NCBI GenBank assembly: GCA_039179985.1
Contig: JBCDED010000009.1
Span: 147 to 64,146, forward strand
DNA from: Pseudomonadota bacterium
Lineage (GTDB): Bacteria; Pseudomonadota; Alphaproteobacteria; Rhodobacterales; Rhodobacteraceae
Direction of reading: 5' to 3'
Length of the DNA stretch: 64,000 nucleotides
Shown piece after piece: positions 8,850 to 17,546 of the stretch. Positions within the stretch are counted from its first letter, which is position 1; each line of letters begins with the position of its first letter. Both the position numbers and the translations under genes were made by a program. The notes below the pieces were generated by a model. That model saw only the letters and a list, made by a program, of their open reading frames with translations. It was not told where the DNA came from and searched no databases.

Positions 8850-9420
8850 CTTGATACCCATACTCTTCCCGGTGCGGCATCAGCGCCGCAGTCAGGGCGC
8901 GCTTCCCGCGCGCTGTAAGACTTTCCACAGCCTCGACGCCGGTGTCCATGATCACCGCAATCTCGGGGTTCGATAGCCCCTCGATGTGGCGGAGGACAAC
9001 GGCCTGCCGCTGGCGCTCCGGCAGCTCCTGCAATGCAGCTTGCAACGCCGCGGCCTTTTCGGTGGCGTCGAGCACCCCCTCGGCCCCAGGCGCTGGATCG
9101 GCGAAACCAACCATGTCTTCTGGCGCAGTCGGCTTCTGGCGCCCACCCCGACGCAGGCGGTCCGTGCAGAGATTTGTTGTCACCCGGTAGACCCAGGTGC
9201 TGACCTGCGCACGGCCCGACTCCCACTCGGGGGCGATGCGCCAGAGCCGCAGCATGGCTTCCTGCACCACGTCCTCGGCTTCTGCGGGGTCGCCCAAAAG
9301 ACGGCTTGCATACCCCAGAAGCCGCGGCACAAGCCGCTCGCTCAGTTCCCGCGCGGCCACAGCCTCGCCTGCGCCGAAGCGCCGAAGAAGCACCTCGTCG
9401 GGCGCCTCTGTCTGAGCCAT
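8842..9420 (-). CDS. ECF-type RNA polymerase sigma-70 family factor
   Basis: ORF track gives 8842..9501. I prefer ATG at 9420 (MAQTEAPDEVLLRRF). Region 2 is DVVQEAMLRLWRIAPEWESGRAQVSTWVYRVTTNLCTDRLRR; region 4 is LPERQRQAVVLRHIEGLSNPEIAVIMDTGVEAVESLTARGKRAL. Confidence 0.9.
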   Translation of the reverse strand: MAQTEAPDEVLLRRFGAGEAVAARELSERLVPRLLGYASRLLGDPAEAEDVVQEAMLRLWRIAPEWESGRAQVSTWVYRVTTNLCTDRLRRGGRQKPTAPEDMVGFADPAPGAEGVLDATEKAAALQAALQELPERQRQAVVLRHIEGLSNPEIAVIMDTGVEAVESLTARGKRALTAALMPHREEYGYQDD

Positions 9421-9506
9421 GAGTGACGCGCGTTCCATCCGCATTCCGGAGTACCCTTCCGGCAGGGCGCGCGCCAGTGCCGCGCGCGCCCCGTCTTCCA
9501 AAGACT

Positions 9507-10019
9507 TTAGTTGCGGCGCGGACCATCACCCCGACCCTTGCCCCGGCCACGAAAGCGTTCGCTGCGGTCGGCAACGGCGGTGTCGAATTCCTCGCGCGTG
9601 ACCACCCCGTCACCGTCGGTATCGACCTGCTCGAACCGCCGCGCGCCGCGTTCGGACTGGCCGAGTTCGTCTTCAGTAAGGACACCGTCACTGTTGGCAT
9701 CGTTCCGGCTCAGCATCTCGGCGGCAGCCCGCTCCACCCGGCGCGCGCTGCGCGCTTCGATATGGGCGGTCAGTTCTTCTTCTGTCACCTCCCCGTCGCC
9801 GTTGGCGTCCATCTCGCCAAATCGTCCGCTGCGGGCAGCTTCGATTTCGGCCTGCGTCACGCTGCCGTCTCCGTCAGCATCGAGTTGCTCGAAGATCTCG
9901 GCGGCACGTTGGGCGCGCCGGTTCTCGTCTTCCTGCGCAAAAACGGTGGTCGCCAGCATGGCAGTGCCGGCGCCGAAAATTGCGATCACACCAAGTGTTT
10001 TCCAAGGGTTCGCTAGCAT
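9507..10019 (-). CDS. Secreted EF-hand calcium-binding protein (four EF loops)
   Basis: ORF track gives 9507..10079. I prefer ATG at 10019 with a signal peptide MLANPWKTLGVIAIFGAGTAMLATTVFAQ and GGAG 8 nt upstream. Four DxDxDG loops: DADGDGSVTQAE, DANGDGEVTEEE, DANSDGVLTEDE, DTDGDGVVTREE. Confidence 0.85.
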   Translation of the reverse strand: MLANPWKTLGVIAIFGAGTAMLATTVFAQEDENRRAQRAAEIFEQLDADGDGSVTQAEIEAARSGRFGEMDANGDGEVTEEELTAHIEARSARRVERAAAEMLSRNDANSDGVLTEDELGQSERGARRFEQVDTDGDGVVTREEFDTAVADRSERFRGRGKGRGDGPRRN

Positions 10020-10219
10020 TCCTAGTGCTCCATTCTTCCTGTTTTGTCGGCGGGTTTTCTGTGCCGATCTGCATGTCAAACGGGCAGTGCGGCTATTTCC
10101 GTCGCAGTCCGGTAAAAATTTCCTGGCGGTCGCGACATGGCGACGCGACGCACCGTGAAGGGCTGGAATTCACCGTGTTCCTCCTAAATACGTTAAATAC
10201 CCACGAAAGAGCCGTTCCT

Positions 10220-10618
10220 ATGCCTACGGAGTCCACTGCAAACGCCGCCCTCGTCGAAGAGCGGCCCCTCAAGAGGTCGCTCTTGCGCGGATGGCGCCGG
10301 AAGTGCCCGAACTGCGGTTCCGGACCGTTGCTCAAAGGATATCTGACATTGCGCGACCGATGCGTGGTCTGCGGCGAAGATCTCAGCCACGCCCGCGCAG
10401 ACGATGGACCGGCCTATCTGACGATCCTGCTGGTTGGCCATATCATGATCCCGCTCATGCATATCGCTTTCGTGGAACTGCGGCCCGATCCCCTTATCCT
10501 TGCAACCGTTTTCGTCCTTGGTTCGGTCGCGCTCTCGCTTTATCTTCTGCCGCGTCTGAAAGGCGGAATTGTTGCGTTCCAATGGGCCAAGCGCATGCAC
10601 GGGTTTTCCACAACGTGA
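10220..10618 (+). CDS. DUF983 family membrane protein
   Basis: ORF track gives 9980..10618. ATG at 10220 (MPTESTANA). Motif CPNCGSGPLLKGYLTLRDRCVVCGEDL followed by two TM helices, the DUF983 pattern. Confidence 0.8.
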   Translation: MPTESTANAALVEERPLKRSLLRGWRRKCPNCGSGPLLKGYLTLRDRCVVCGEDLSHARADDGPAYLTILLVGHIMIPLMHIAFVELRPDPLILATVFVLGSVALSLYLLPRLKGGIVAFQWAKRMHGFSTT

Positions 10619-10646
10619 CCTCTCTCGTGGCGGAGGGGCTTAGGCC

Positions 10647-11363
10647 GTGACCTCCCTGATCCCGGTCAGGGATGCCGCCACGATCATCGTCGTGCGGCGC
10701 GACGGGGATCGTCGGTCCGTCTTGATGGGCCAGCGCGGCAAAGACGCCACCTTCATGCCCGGCAAATTCGTTTTTCCCGGCGGGGCGGTGGATGAGGATG
10801 ATTCCCACGTGCCCGTTTTGCGCGCGCTCAGCCAGGTGTGCCACAGCCGGCTTCAGGACGGCATCACGCCCGGCCTGGGAGCTGCCCTGATCGCGGCTGG
10901 CATTCGCGAGCTTTGGGAAGAAACCGGTCAGATCCTTGGTCAGGACGCACGCTGGGATTTCGTGCCGCCAAAGAGCTGGGACAGCTTTGCGCGTACGGGG
11001 CACCGCCCGGATGCGGGCGCAATGCGCTTTGTGTTCCGGGCGATCACACCGCCGGGGCGCCCGCGCCGGTTCGACGCGCGCTTTTTTGCGGTGGACGCCG
11101 CGGCGTTCGCCTCAGATCCCGACGATTTCTCCCGCGCACAGGATGAGCTGTCCCATCTTCAGTGGGTCCCCTTAGAGAGCACGCGGGATTTCGACCTGCC
11201 GTTCATCACGCAGATCGCGCTGGCAGAGGTTGCGGCGCTGACGCGGAGCGTCGGCCCCGGCATTCCCATCCCGGCTTCGGTGCCTTTCTTCAAAAACGAC
11301 GACGAAGAAAACTACGTTCTGCGCCTTGGCGACAAGCCTGCTACCGCAGAAGAACGATCATAA
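10647..11363 (+). CDS. NUDIX hydrolase
   Basis: GTG start. Nudix-box-like segment GGAVDEDD ... AAGIRELWEETGQILG. Confidence 0.8.
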   Translation: MTSLIPVRDAATIIVVRRDGDRRSVLMGQRGKDATFMPGKFVFPGGAVDEDDSHVPVLRALSQVCHSRLQDGITPGLGAALIAAGIRELWEETGQILGQDARWDFVPPKSWDSFARTGHRPDAGAMRFVFRAITPPGRPRRFDARFFAVDAAAFASDPDDFSRAQDELSHLQWVPLESTRDFDLPFITQIALAEVAALTRSVGPGIPIPASVPFFKNDDEENYVLRLGDKPATAEERS

Positions 11364-12264
11364 GCACGCTCAGGACAAGCGTCGCGATGCCGGCAAGTTC
11401 GCGACGCGTGTTCTTTTCCTGAAACACAAAAACACCCGCAAGGTAGCTGAAGACCAGTTCGATCTGGCCGACGGCCTTGACGTAGGCCGCGGTTTGTAGC
11501 GTGAAGGCGATGAACCAGCAGAGGCTGCCAACCATGCTGAAGATCCCGACCAGCGCCGTCACGCGCCAGGCCCGGAGCACGCGCCGTACCTCGCCCCGTT
11601 CACGCCAGAGGAGCCAGCCGCCAAGCGCCACGGTCTGAAACGCCGTGACGGCGGCCAGAGTCAGCGAGGCGCGCAGGAACGTGTCGCCGCTCTCCAGCGA
11701 CAGCGAGGCCGCGCGGTAGGCATTGGCCGAAACCGCAAAAAGGATGCCCGACGCCAGCCCAAGCCCCGCCGCGCGGTTGAAAAGCCGTGCCCATCCCCCG
11801 TCGGCGCCGCCATCCGGGGGATCGCTGAGAAGGATCAGTCCGACAAAGCCTACGGCCAATGCCGCTGCACCGCCTGGCGACACACCCTCGCCAAGCAGAA
11901 CGTAGCCGACGATCGCGGTTTGTATCGCCTCGGTTTTCTTGAATGTCATGCCGACGGCGAAGTTCCGGCGCGCAAAGAGCGCCACCACGCACATGGTGGC
12001 CAGGATCTGGCACAGCCCGCCGAGCGTAGCATAGATCCAGAACGTCCCGGTTAGGCCCGGCAGCGCCTGATCGCTCAGCTGCCCATAGGTGAGCGCAAGC
12101 GCCGCTACCAGCGGAAAGGAAAACACAAACCGCGAAAAGGTTGCCCCGCCCGTGGAAAGCTGCGTTGCCTTGAGGTGCTTTTGCAGCATGAACCGCAAAT
12201 TCTGCACAAAGGCGGCGGCGATAGTAACAGGGATCCAGGCGGCAATCATGGGCCCTGATTGCAC
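11341..12264 (-). CDS. DMT (EamA-like) family transporter
   Basis: 307-aa polytopic membrane ORF with about 10 hydrophobic segments and two EamA-like halves. Confidence 0.85.
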   Translation of the reverse strand: MQSGPMIAAWIPVTIAAAFVQNLRFMLQKHLKATQLSTGGATFSRFVFSFPLVAALALTYGQLSDQALPGLTGTFWIYATLGGLCQILATMCVVALFARRNFAVGMTFKKTEAIQTAIVGYVLLGEGVSPGGAAALAVGFVGLILLSDPPDGGADGGWARLFNRAAGLGLASGILFAVSANAYRAASLSLESGDTFLRASLTLAAVTAFQTVALGGWLLWRERGEVRRVLRAWRVTALVGIFSMVGSLCWFIAFTLQTAAYVKAVGQIELVFSYLAGVFVFQEKNTRRELAGIATLVLSVLMIVLLR

Positions 12265-12311
12265 AGGGCGAGGTCAAGCACCAGTTCATCGACGTCCGGA
12301 CCAGTCGCGGA

Positions 12312-13223
12312 TCAATCGGGCGCGTTGGAGCGGCGCCAGAGTGGATGGGCGACCGGATCCTTGGCGCGCAGGAAGTATCGTCGGAAAAGATCGCCGTAGG
12401 TGCCGAACCGGTACCCGTCGTTCAGTTCAAGGTAGCGGTCCCGCGCCGTCTCGAACCGGGCGGGCAGTGCATACCATGGCAGGCGCGGGTGCATATGGTG
12501 CACCACATGGTAGTTGTTGTTGAGGAATAGAAACGCCAGCGGCCCTTTGTCTTCGATCACCACGGTGCGCCCGCGCGACAACTCATGGGCCTGATGCTCG
12601 GCAAAGGTCCGGATCTTCAGGATTGAAATCGCGAGGTAGGCGGACAGCACGTAGGCCCAGACTGGCATCGCCGAAGCCCAGACCCAGATGAGCACCGCCG
12701 CGACCGCCGGAATATGCCAGAGCCAACCCGCCGCCACCGCGCGGTTGCCCGCCCGAATGGCACGCAAATCGGAGGCCATAAAGAGGTACTGCGCGATGAT
12801 CGGCCCAAAGGCGAGACGCCCCAGCAGTGTGTTATTGGCGCGCATCAGGCCACGCACGGGCAGCGGCAGGCGCGCCCAGTCGGCGGCGTCCAGGTAGTTT
12901 GACTCCGGATCGTCGTAGGGGTCCGTCAGCAGGGCATCGCGGTGATGGGCGATATGGGTGTCCCGAAACCGCAGGAAAGGAATAGCCAGATTAAGCGCCG
13001 GCGCAACCAGGGCCGCGTTCAGCCCCGCCCAGGGCGTCGGGTGGCCGTGAATGACCTCGTGCTGCAGCGAAGAGTAGAGGGCAATGACGACCGCCGTGAC
13101 CGGAACCGCAAGAAGCACCGAATGCCCGGCCAGAACCGTCGTCGAGAGAAGCCAGGTGGCCCAGGTCGCCAGGATCAGCCAAAGTGTCGGCCACTCGATA
13201 CGGGTCGTGATGTGCCAAGGCAC
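12312..13223 (-). CDS. Membrane fatty acid desaturase family protein
   Basis: Three His boxes in order: HEVIHGH, HIAHHRD, HVVHHMH. Confidence 0.9.
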   Translation of the reverse strand: MPWHITTRIEWPTLWLILATWATWLLSTTVLAGHSVLLAVPVTAVVIALYSSLQHEVIHGHPTPWAGLNAALVAPALNLAIPFLRFRDTHIAHHRDALLTDPYDDPESNYLDAADWARLPLPVRGLMRANNTLLGRLAFGPIIAQYLFMASDLRAIRAGNRAVAAGWLWHIPAVAAVLIWVWASAMPVWAYVLSAYLAISILKIRTFAEHQAHELSRGRTVVIEDKGPLAFLFLNNNYHVVHHMHPRLPWYALPARFETARDRYLELNDGYRFGTYGDLFRRYFLRAKDPVAHPLWRRSNAPD

Positions 13224-13344
13224 GTGGCGGGCTCCTGTTGCAAAAAACGTTGAAAAGCTCGCAGATGTTAGGACTTGCTACTTCCGCCGTGAAGTTGGAG
13301 GATGCGCAACGGAAACCCCGCTTCGCAGAGAAAAATCAGCGCTC

Positions 13345-14208
13345 GTGACAAAAACTGATAAACGAGACCGCGCGGACCGTTTTCGCGACAGGCTGGCGCA
13401 GGCCATGGAAACGGCAGACATGAGCCGCGCCGAGCTTGCCCGGCACGTGGGTGTGGACCGCTCGACTGTCAGCCAGATCCTCGCCAAGGGTGGCACGCGG
13501 CTGCCCAATGCGCAGGTGGTCGGAGAGTGTGCAGCCGCGCTCGGTGTATCCTCTGACTGGCTTCTCGGGCTCAGTGACCGCCCAGAGCAGGCCACCGAGT
13601 TGCTCGCAGCCTCCCTTTTGATGACGGAGGCGCCCCGCGCCCTGGCCGACGAACAGATCATCGCCTGGCACCGCGAGGCGGAGGGCTACAAGATCCGCCA
13701 CGTCCCAGCCACGCTGCCAGACATGCTGAAAACGAATGCTATGCTCGATTGGGAGTACGCGCCGCATCTTGGCCGGACCACGCGGCAGGCCATCGCCTCC
13801 AGCGCCGATCATTTGGCGTGGATGCGGGCCGGCAACTCAGACTACGAAATCGCGCTGCCGGTCTTTGAGCTTGAGTCCATGGCGCGGGCCGAGGGGTACT
13901 ACCGCGGACTGCCCCTGGACGTGCGCCGGGAACAACTGGACCGCCTGGAACATCTGCATACCCAACTCTACCCCTCGTTGCGACTCTTTCTCTACGACGC
14001 GCGCCGTCTTTACTCCGCCCCGGTCACGATTTTCGGCCCGCTCCTGGCCGTGATCTACCTTGGGCGGAACTACATCTCTTTTCGCGACCGCGAGCGCGTG
14101 CGCGCGATCACGTTCCATTTCGACTGGCTGATCCGCGAAGCAGACGGCTCGGCGCGCGGGTTGCCGGAACGGCTGGACGCCCTGCGTGCGGAAATGGACA
14201 CGGGCTAA
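13345..14208 (+). CDS. XRE-family HTH regulator with a DUF5753-like C-terminal region
   Basis: ORF track gives 13084..14208, whose 5' part overlaps the desaturase gene. Likely start is GTG 13345 or ATG 13405. HTH: MSRAELARHVGVDRSTVSQILAKGG. Then IRHVPATLPDMLKTNAML resembles the Scr1/DUF5753 pattern (by eye). Confidence 0.75.
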   Translation: MTKTDKRDRADRFRDRLAQAMETADMSRAELARHVGVDRSTVSQILAKGGTRLPNAQVVGECAAALGVSSDWLLGLSDRPEQATELLAASLLMTEAPRALADEQIIAWHREAEGYKIRHVPATLPDMLKTNAMLDWEYAPHLGRTTRQAIASSADHLAWMRAGNSDYEIALPVFELESMARAEGYYRGLPLDVRREQLDRLEHLHTQLYPSLRLFLYDARRLYSAPVTIFGPLLAVIYLGRNYISFRDRERVRAITFHFDWLIREADGSARGLPERLDALRAEMDTG

Positions 14209-14987
14209 GCCGGGTCGGTCTGCTCCAGCGGCAGCCCTGCCTCACGCCGACCCGCGTCCGTCTTCAGCGAGAAATCTGTGCCCGCATGGGCCGGACCACC
14301 AGGTCCCATAAGGTAGGCGATGGCCCGGGCCACCCAGTCGGGCGGAATATGCGCCTCCCAGGGCAGCGCGCTGACGGAATTGATACCCGAAGCACGGATC
14401 ACTGTCTGCATGTCGGTCGCCACGGTGCCGGGACTGAGACCCACCACCGTAACGCCGCTGCCCGCCATCTCGCGCGCGGCGCACCGCGTCAGCGATAGCA
14501 CGCCCGCCTTTGTGGAACAGTAGTGGCTCCACCCTTCAAGGGCGCTGACAGACGCACCGGAAGAGATGTTCACGACGGTGCCCCGGCCCCGCGCCGCCAT
14601 CCCCGGCAGGACGGCCCGCAAACCGTGGTAGACACCTTTGACGTTGGTATCGACCACCTGCCCCCATGCCGCAGGATCGCTCTCTGTGAGACGCGCGATG
14701 GGGTCGATCAGACCCGCATTGTTGACCAGCGCGTCCACCGGGCCAAAGCGCTCTTCCGTCAGGGCGACAAGAGCCGCGATCTGATCATAGCGTGTGACAT
14801 CGCAGGGCGCGGCCGCCGCGTCGCCCCCTGCCTGCCGGATCTCTGACGCCACGCGCTCCACAGCGTCTTCACTACGCGCGCCCAGTACCACCCTGCCACC
14901 CCGGGCTGCGAGATAGCGGGCCGTAGCCGCGCCGATCCCGCGACTGGCTCCGGTGATAATTGTGACGGCGTTGTTGATATGCTCCAT
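14205..14987 (-). CDS. SDR family oxidoreductase
   Basis: ORF track gives 14205..15047. ATG at 14987 (MEHINNAVTIITGASRGIGAA) with GGAGG 8 nt upstream. Motifs TGxxxGxG, NNAG, YCSTK (YxxxK). Confidence 0.9.
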   Translation of the reverse strand: MEHINNAVTIITGASRGIGAATARYLAARGGRVVLGARSEDAVERVASEIRQAGGDAAAAPCDVTRYDQIAALVALTEERFGPVDALVNNAGLIDPIARLTESDPAAWGQVVDTNVKGVYHGLRAVLPGMAARGRGTVVNISSGASVSALEGWSHYCSTKAGVLSLTRCAAREMAGSGVTVVGLSPGTVATDMQTVIRASGINSVSALPWEAHIPPDWVARAIAYLMGPGGPAHAGTDFSLKTDAGRREAGLPLEQTDPA

Positions 14988-14998
14988 GCCCCGCCTCC

Positions 14999-15640
14999 TC
15001 ACCGGCCCCATGTACAGGGCACGTTTGCCCCGGGCACGCCTGTGCAATCCACCAGATCGAAATGGGCATCGATGCGCACCGATAGGCCCGTGGGGCTGTC
15101 GAGAAAGGCGATGAAATCCATCCCGTGGTCAAGCCGCAGAACCTCGCCTTCCACCTCAAAGCCGACAACGCGGATTTCGTCATAGCCCGGTATGAACTCG
15201 GGATAGACCCGGTCGCGGGTAATGCGAAAGTCAAGGACCAGCGGCGCCGTCTGCCCGCGCAGGGTCAGGGCTCCGTGGAGTTTGCCGGCGGTCGGCGTAA
15301 GCATAACCACCCGCTCCGACACGAAGGTGATCTGCGGGTGTTCTTCGACATTCAGGTAGTCGGAGTGGCGCAGGTGGCTATCGCGGGCCGCATGGTTGCT
15401 GTCGACGCTGGCCGCGTCGAGCGTGAAGGTGACCTGCGAGTTTTCGGGGGTCTCCTCATCGATCAGGAACGTGCCATCGAAGCTGTTGAACCGCCCGACA
15501 GTGCGGGACAGACCAAGGTGGTCGATTTCCCAGCCGATATGCGCGTGCCCGAGGTCCAGCGTCCATTTCCGGGGCGCGGCCTCCGCAACGGCGACGCTCG
15601 CGGCAAGAAGGGCTAGTGTCGTTAGTGCTTGTCTGGTCAT
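14999..15640 (-). CDS. YceI family periplasmic polyisoprenoid-binding protein
   Basis: Signal peptide MTRQALTTLALLAASVAVAEA, then HAHIGWEIDHLGLSRTVGRFNSFDGTF and HAARDSHLRHSDYLNVEEHPQITF, typical of YceI. Confidence 0.9.
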   Translation of the reverse strand: MTRQALTTLALLAASVAVAEAAPRKWTLDLGHAHIGWEIDHLGLSRTVGRFNSFDGTFLIDEETPENSQVTFTLDAASVDSNHAARDSHLRHSDYLNVEEHPQITFVSERVVMLTPTAGKLHGALTLRGQTAPLVLDFRITRDRVYPEFIPGYDEIRVVGFEVEGEVLRLDHGMDFIAFLDSPTGLSVRIDAHFDLVDCTGVPGANVPCTWGR

Positions 15641-15739
15641 GGGTCATCTCCTCTTTTGGACTATGACCCTCCACCTATTCCTGTTCTTTTGATCAATAAA
15701 TGCAGTGAAAATCACTATTCTCATGTGTATGTTACATGA

Positions 15740-16639
15740 ATGGACACGGATCAACTCAAGCTCCTGAGAGAGGTGCGGAAACGCGGCAGCTTCGCGGGGG
15801 CGGCGCGGGAGACGGGCCTTGACCCCTCTTCGGTCTCCCGCGCGGTAGCGGCGGCTGAAGAAAAACTTGGTTTCCGTGTCTTTCAGCGCAGCACGCGCAG
15901 ACTGTCCCCGACCGAAGCGGGCGCGCGGTATCTTGACAGCGTCAGCCCCCTCCTCGATGAGCTGGACGCGGCGCGGGACGCAGCACGTCTGGGCGACGCT
16001 CAGCCCTCCGGCCGTCTGCGGCTCACCGCCTCGGTCGCCTTCGGCCATGAATGCGTGATTCCGCTCCTGCCGGAGTTTCAGAGCCTCTACCCCGATATCC
16101 GGCTCGAACTGATGCTGACCGACCAGAACCTCGATTTGGTAGAGACTAGCATCGACCTCGCGATCCGCCTTGCTCCAGCGCTTGAGGGCGATCTGGTCGT
16201 CACACGCCTGCGCCGGACCCGCTACCGGCTGTGCGCCGCACCGGCCTACGTCAAGGCCGCCGGGTACCCTGCCGTGCCCGATGATGTCGTCCACCATCGC
16301 TGCATCACCTATGCCCTGCCCGATCTCGGGGACGCCTGGCACTTTCGGGACGCGCAGGGAACCGAACAAACCGTGCCCATTGTTGGAAATCCGTCAATCT
16401 CAAGCCCACTCGCCCTGCGGGAGGCTTTAAGGATGGGCATGGGGATCGGGCTCTTGGCGGATTGGCTTTGCACCCGGGACATCAGGTCGGGCCGTCTTGT
16501 GACTGTTCTGCCAAAGCACGAGGTCACGGCGAGCCAGTTCGAGACGGCCGCATACCTGATGTACCCCAGCCGCGCGCATCTGCCGGCGCGGGTGCGGGTG
16601 ACAATCGACTTTCTTAGGCGCACCCTGCGCACGGGCTAA
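15740..16639 (+). CDS. LysR family transcriptional regulator
   Basis: N-terminal HTH LKLLREVRKRGSFAGAARETGLDPSSVSRAVAAAEEKLG plus a LysR substrate-binding domain. Divergent from yceI. Confidence 0.92.
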   Translation: MDTDQLKLLREVRKRGSFAGAARETGLDPSSVSRAVAAAEEKLGFRVFQRSTRRLSPTEAGARYLDSVSPLLDELDAARDAARLGDAQPSGRLRLTASVAFGHECVIPLLPEFQSLYPDIRLELMLTDQNLDLVETSIDLAIRLAPALEGDLVVTRLRRTRYRLCAAPAYVKAAGYPAVPDDVVHHRCITYALPDLGDAWHFRDAQGTEQTVPIVGNPSISSPLALREALRMGMGIGLLADWLCTRDIRSGRLVTVLPKHEVTASQFETAAYLMYPSRAHLPARVRVTIDFLRRTLRTG

Positions 16640-16646
16640 CTGGGCG

Positions 16647-17546
16647 TCAGTTGGCGGGAACGGCTGCGTCCTCCCGCGCAGGTGCTTCGGCCCTGGCAAT
16701 CCCGAGACCGCCCGTTGCCTGCACGGCAAGCGCACCCTGCCGGTTGCCTGCCCTAAGGCTGCTTTCAAGGTCGTCCCCCCGCAGCCAAGCGGCCAGAAAC
16801 CCTGCGTTGAAGGCATCACCCGCGCCCGTGGGATCGACAGCATCCACAACGCGCGCCGCCGAGAAAACCGTCTGTCCGCCGCGCAAGGCCGTCGCCCCGT
16901 CGCGCCCCTGCTTGACGACAACGAGCGGCGCAAGCGCGCCGTTGCAGCCAGCCTCTGCGAGCCAGCGATGTTCCGCGGCGTTTGGCAGAAAGACATCGAC
17001 CGCCTCGATCAGCGGCGCCAGTTCGACAGGCGACAGCGCCGCATCCCACCCGCAGTCAAGCGACACGGTCGCACCGATGCCGCGCGCCAGAGCCAGGATT
17101 TCAGGACAGTCGGCCAGACTAGCGAGTTCGCCGATATGGATATGCCGGATGCCGAGCGCCGCGAGCTCTGCTGGATCAAGGACCGGACAGGCGCGGTCGG
17201 CACGCTTGGTCAGAAAGGACCTATCGGCCTCGGAGGCTACAACGACGGTGACCTGGGCACCGGAGCCGGCCTGGCAAAGGCGCGCGTCGAGACCTGCATC
17301 CCGAATCTCCGACATCAGGATGCCTTGAAAGGGCGGCGGTGAGACGAAAGCGGAAAGCTGGACGGGATATCCGAGCAAAGCCAGATGCGCCCCGGTGATG
17401 AAGGCCCCGCCACCGGCGCGGATATCCAACGCGTCCGCATAAACCTCATGGCCGGGCGATGGCGCCTCGGGTAACCCTGTGAAGATGAGGTCCGCATAGA
17501 GCCGCCCGACACAGAGGACAGCACCGGTTTCAAAGGATCGAGTCAC
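16647..17546 (-). CDS. PfkB family carbohydrate kinase
   Basis: 299-aa ORF with the PfkB signature DPTGAGDAFNAGFLAAW. Its start overlaps the stop of the ABC ATPase gene. Confidence 0.88.
   Translation of the reverse strand: MTRSFETGAVLCVGRLYADLIFTGLPEAPSPGHEVYADALDIRAGGGAFITGAHLALLGYPVQLSAFVSPPPFQGILMSEIRDAGLDARLCQAGSGAQVTVVVASEADRSFLTKRADRACPVLDPAELAALGIRHIHIGELASLADCPEILALARGIGATVSLDCGWDAALSPVELAPLIEAVDVFLPNAAEHRWLAEAGCNGALAPLVVVKQGRDGATALRGGQTVFSAARVVDAVDPTGAGDAFNAGFLAAWLRGDDLESSLRAGNRQGALAVQATGGLGIARAEAPAREDAAVPAN

Noticed and set aside
13084-13344. 5' extension of the XRE regulator ORF overlapping the desaturase gene by 140 nt
   Set aside because: The extension has no homology-like features and would place the promoter inside the divergent desaturase gene. 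In-frame GTG 13345 or ATG 13405 give a normal HTH N-terminus. The same reasoning trimmed ORFs at 36556..36858 (coxG), 30542..30712 (qor), 9980..10219 (DUF983), 6482..6655 (DUF3572) and 58603..59037 (dctM).
13345-14208. XRE/DUF5753-like regulator as the antitoxin half of a toxin-antitoxin or abortive-infection pair
   Set aside because: There is no small partner ORF on either side. The neighbours are a desaturase (divergent) and an SDR (convergent, 4-nt overlap), so it looks like an ordinary local regulator.
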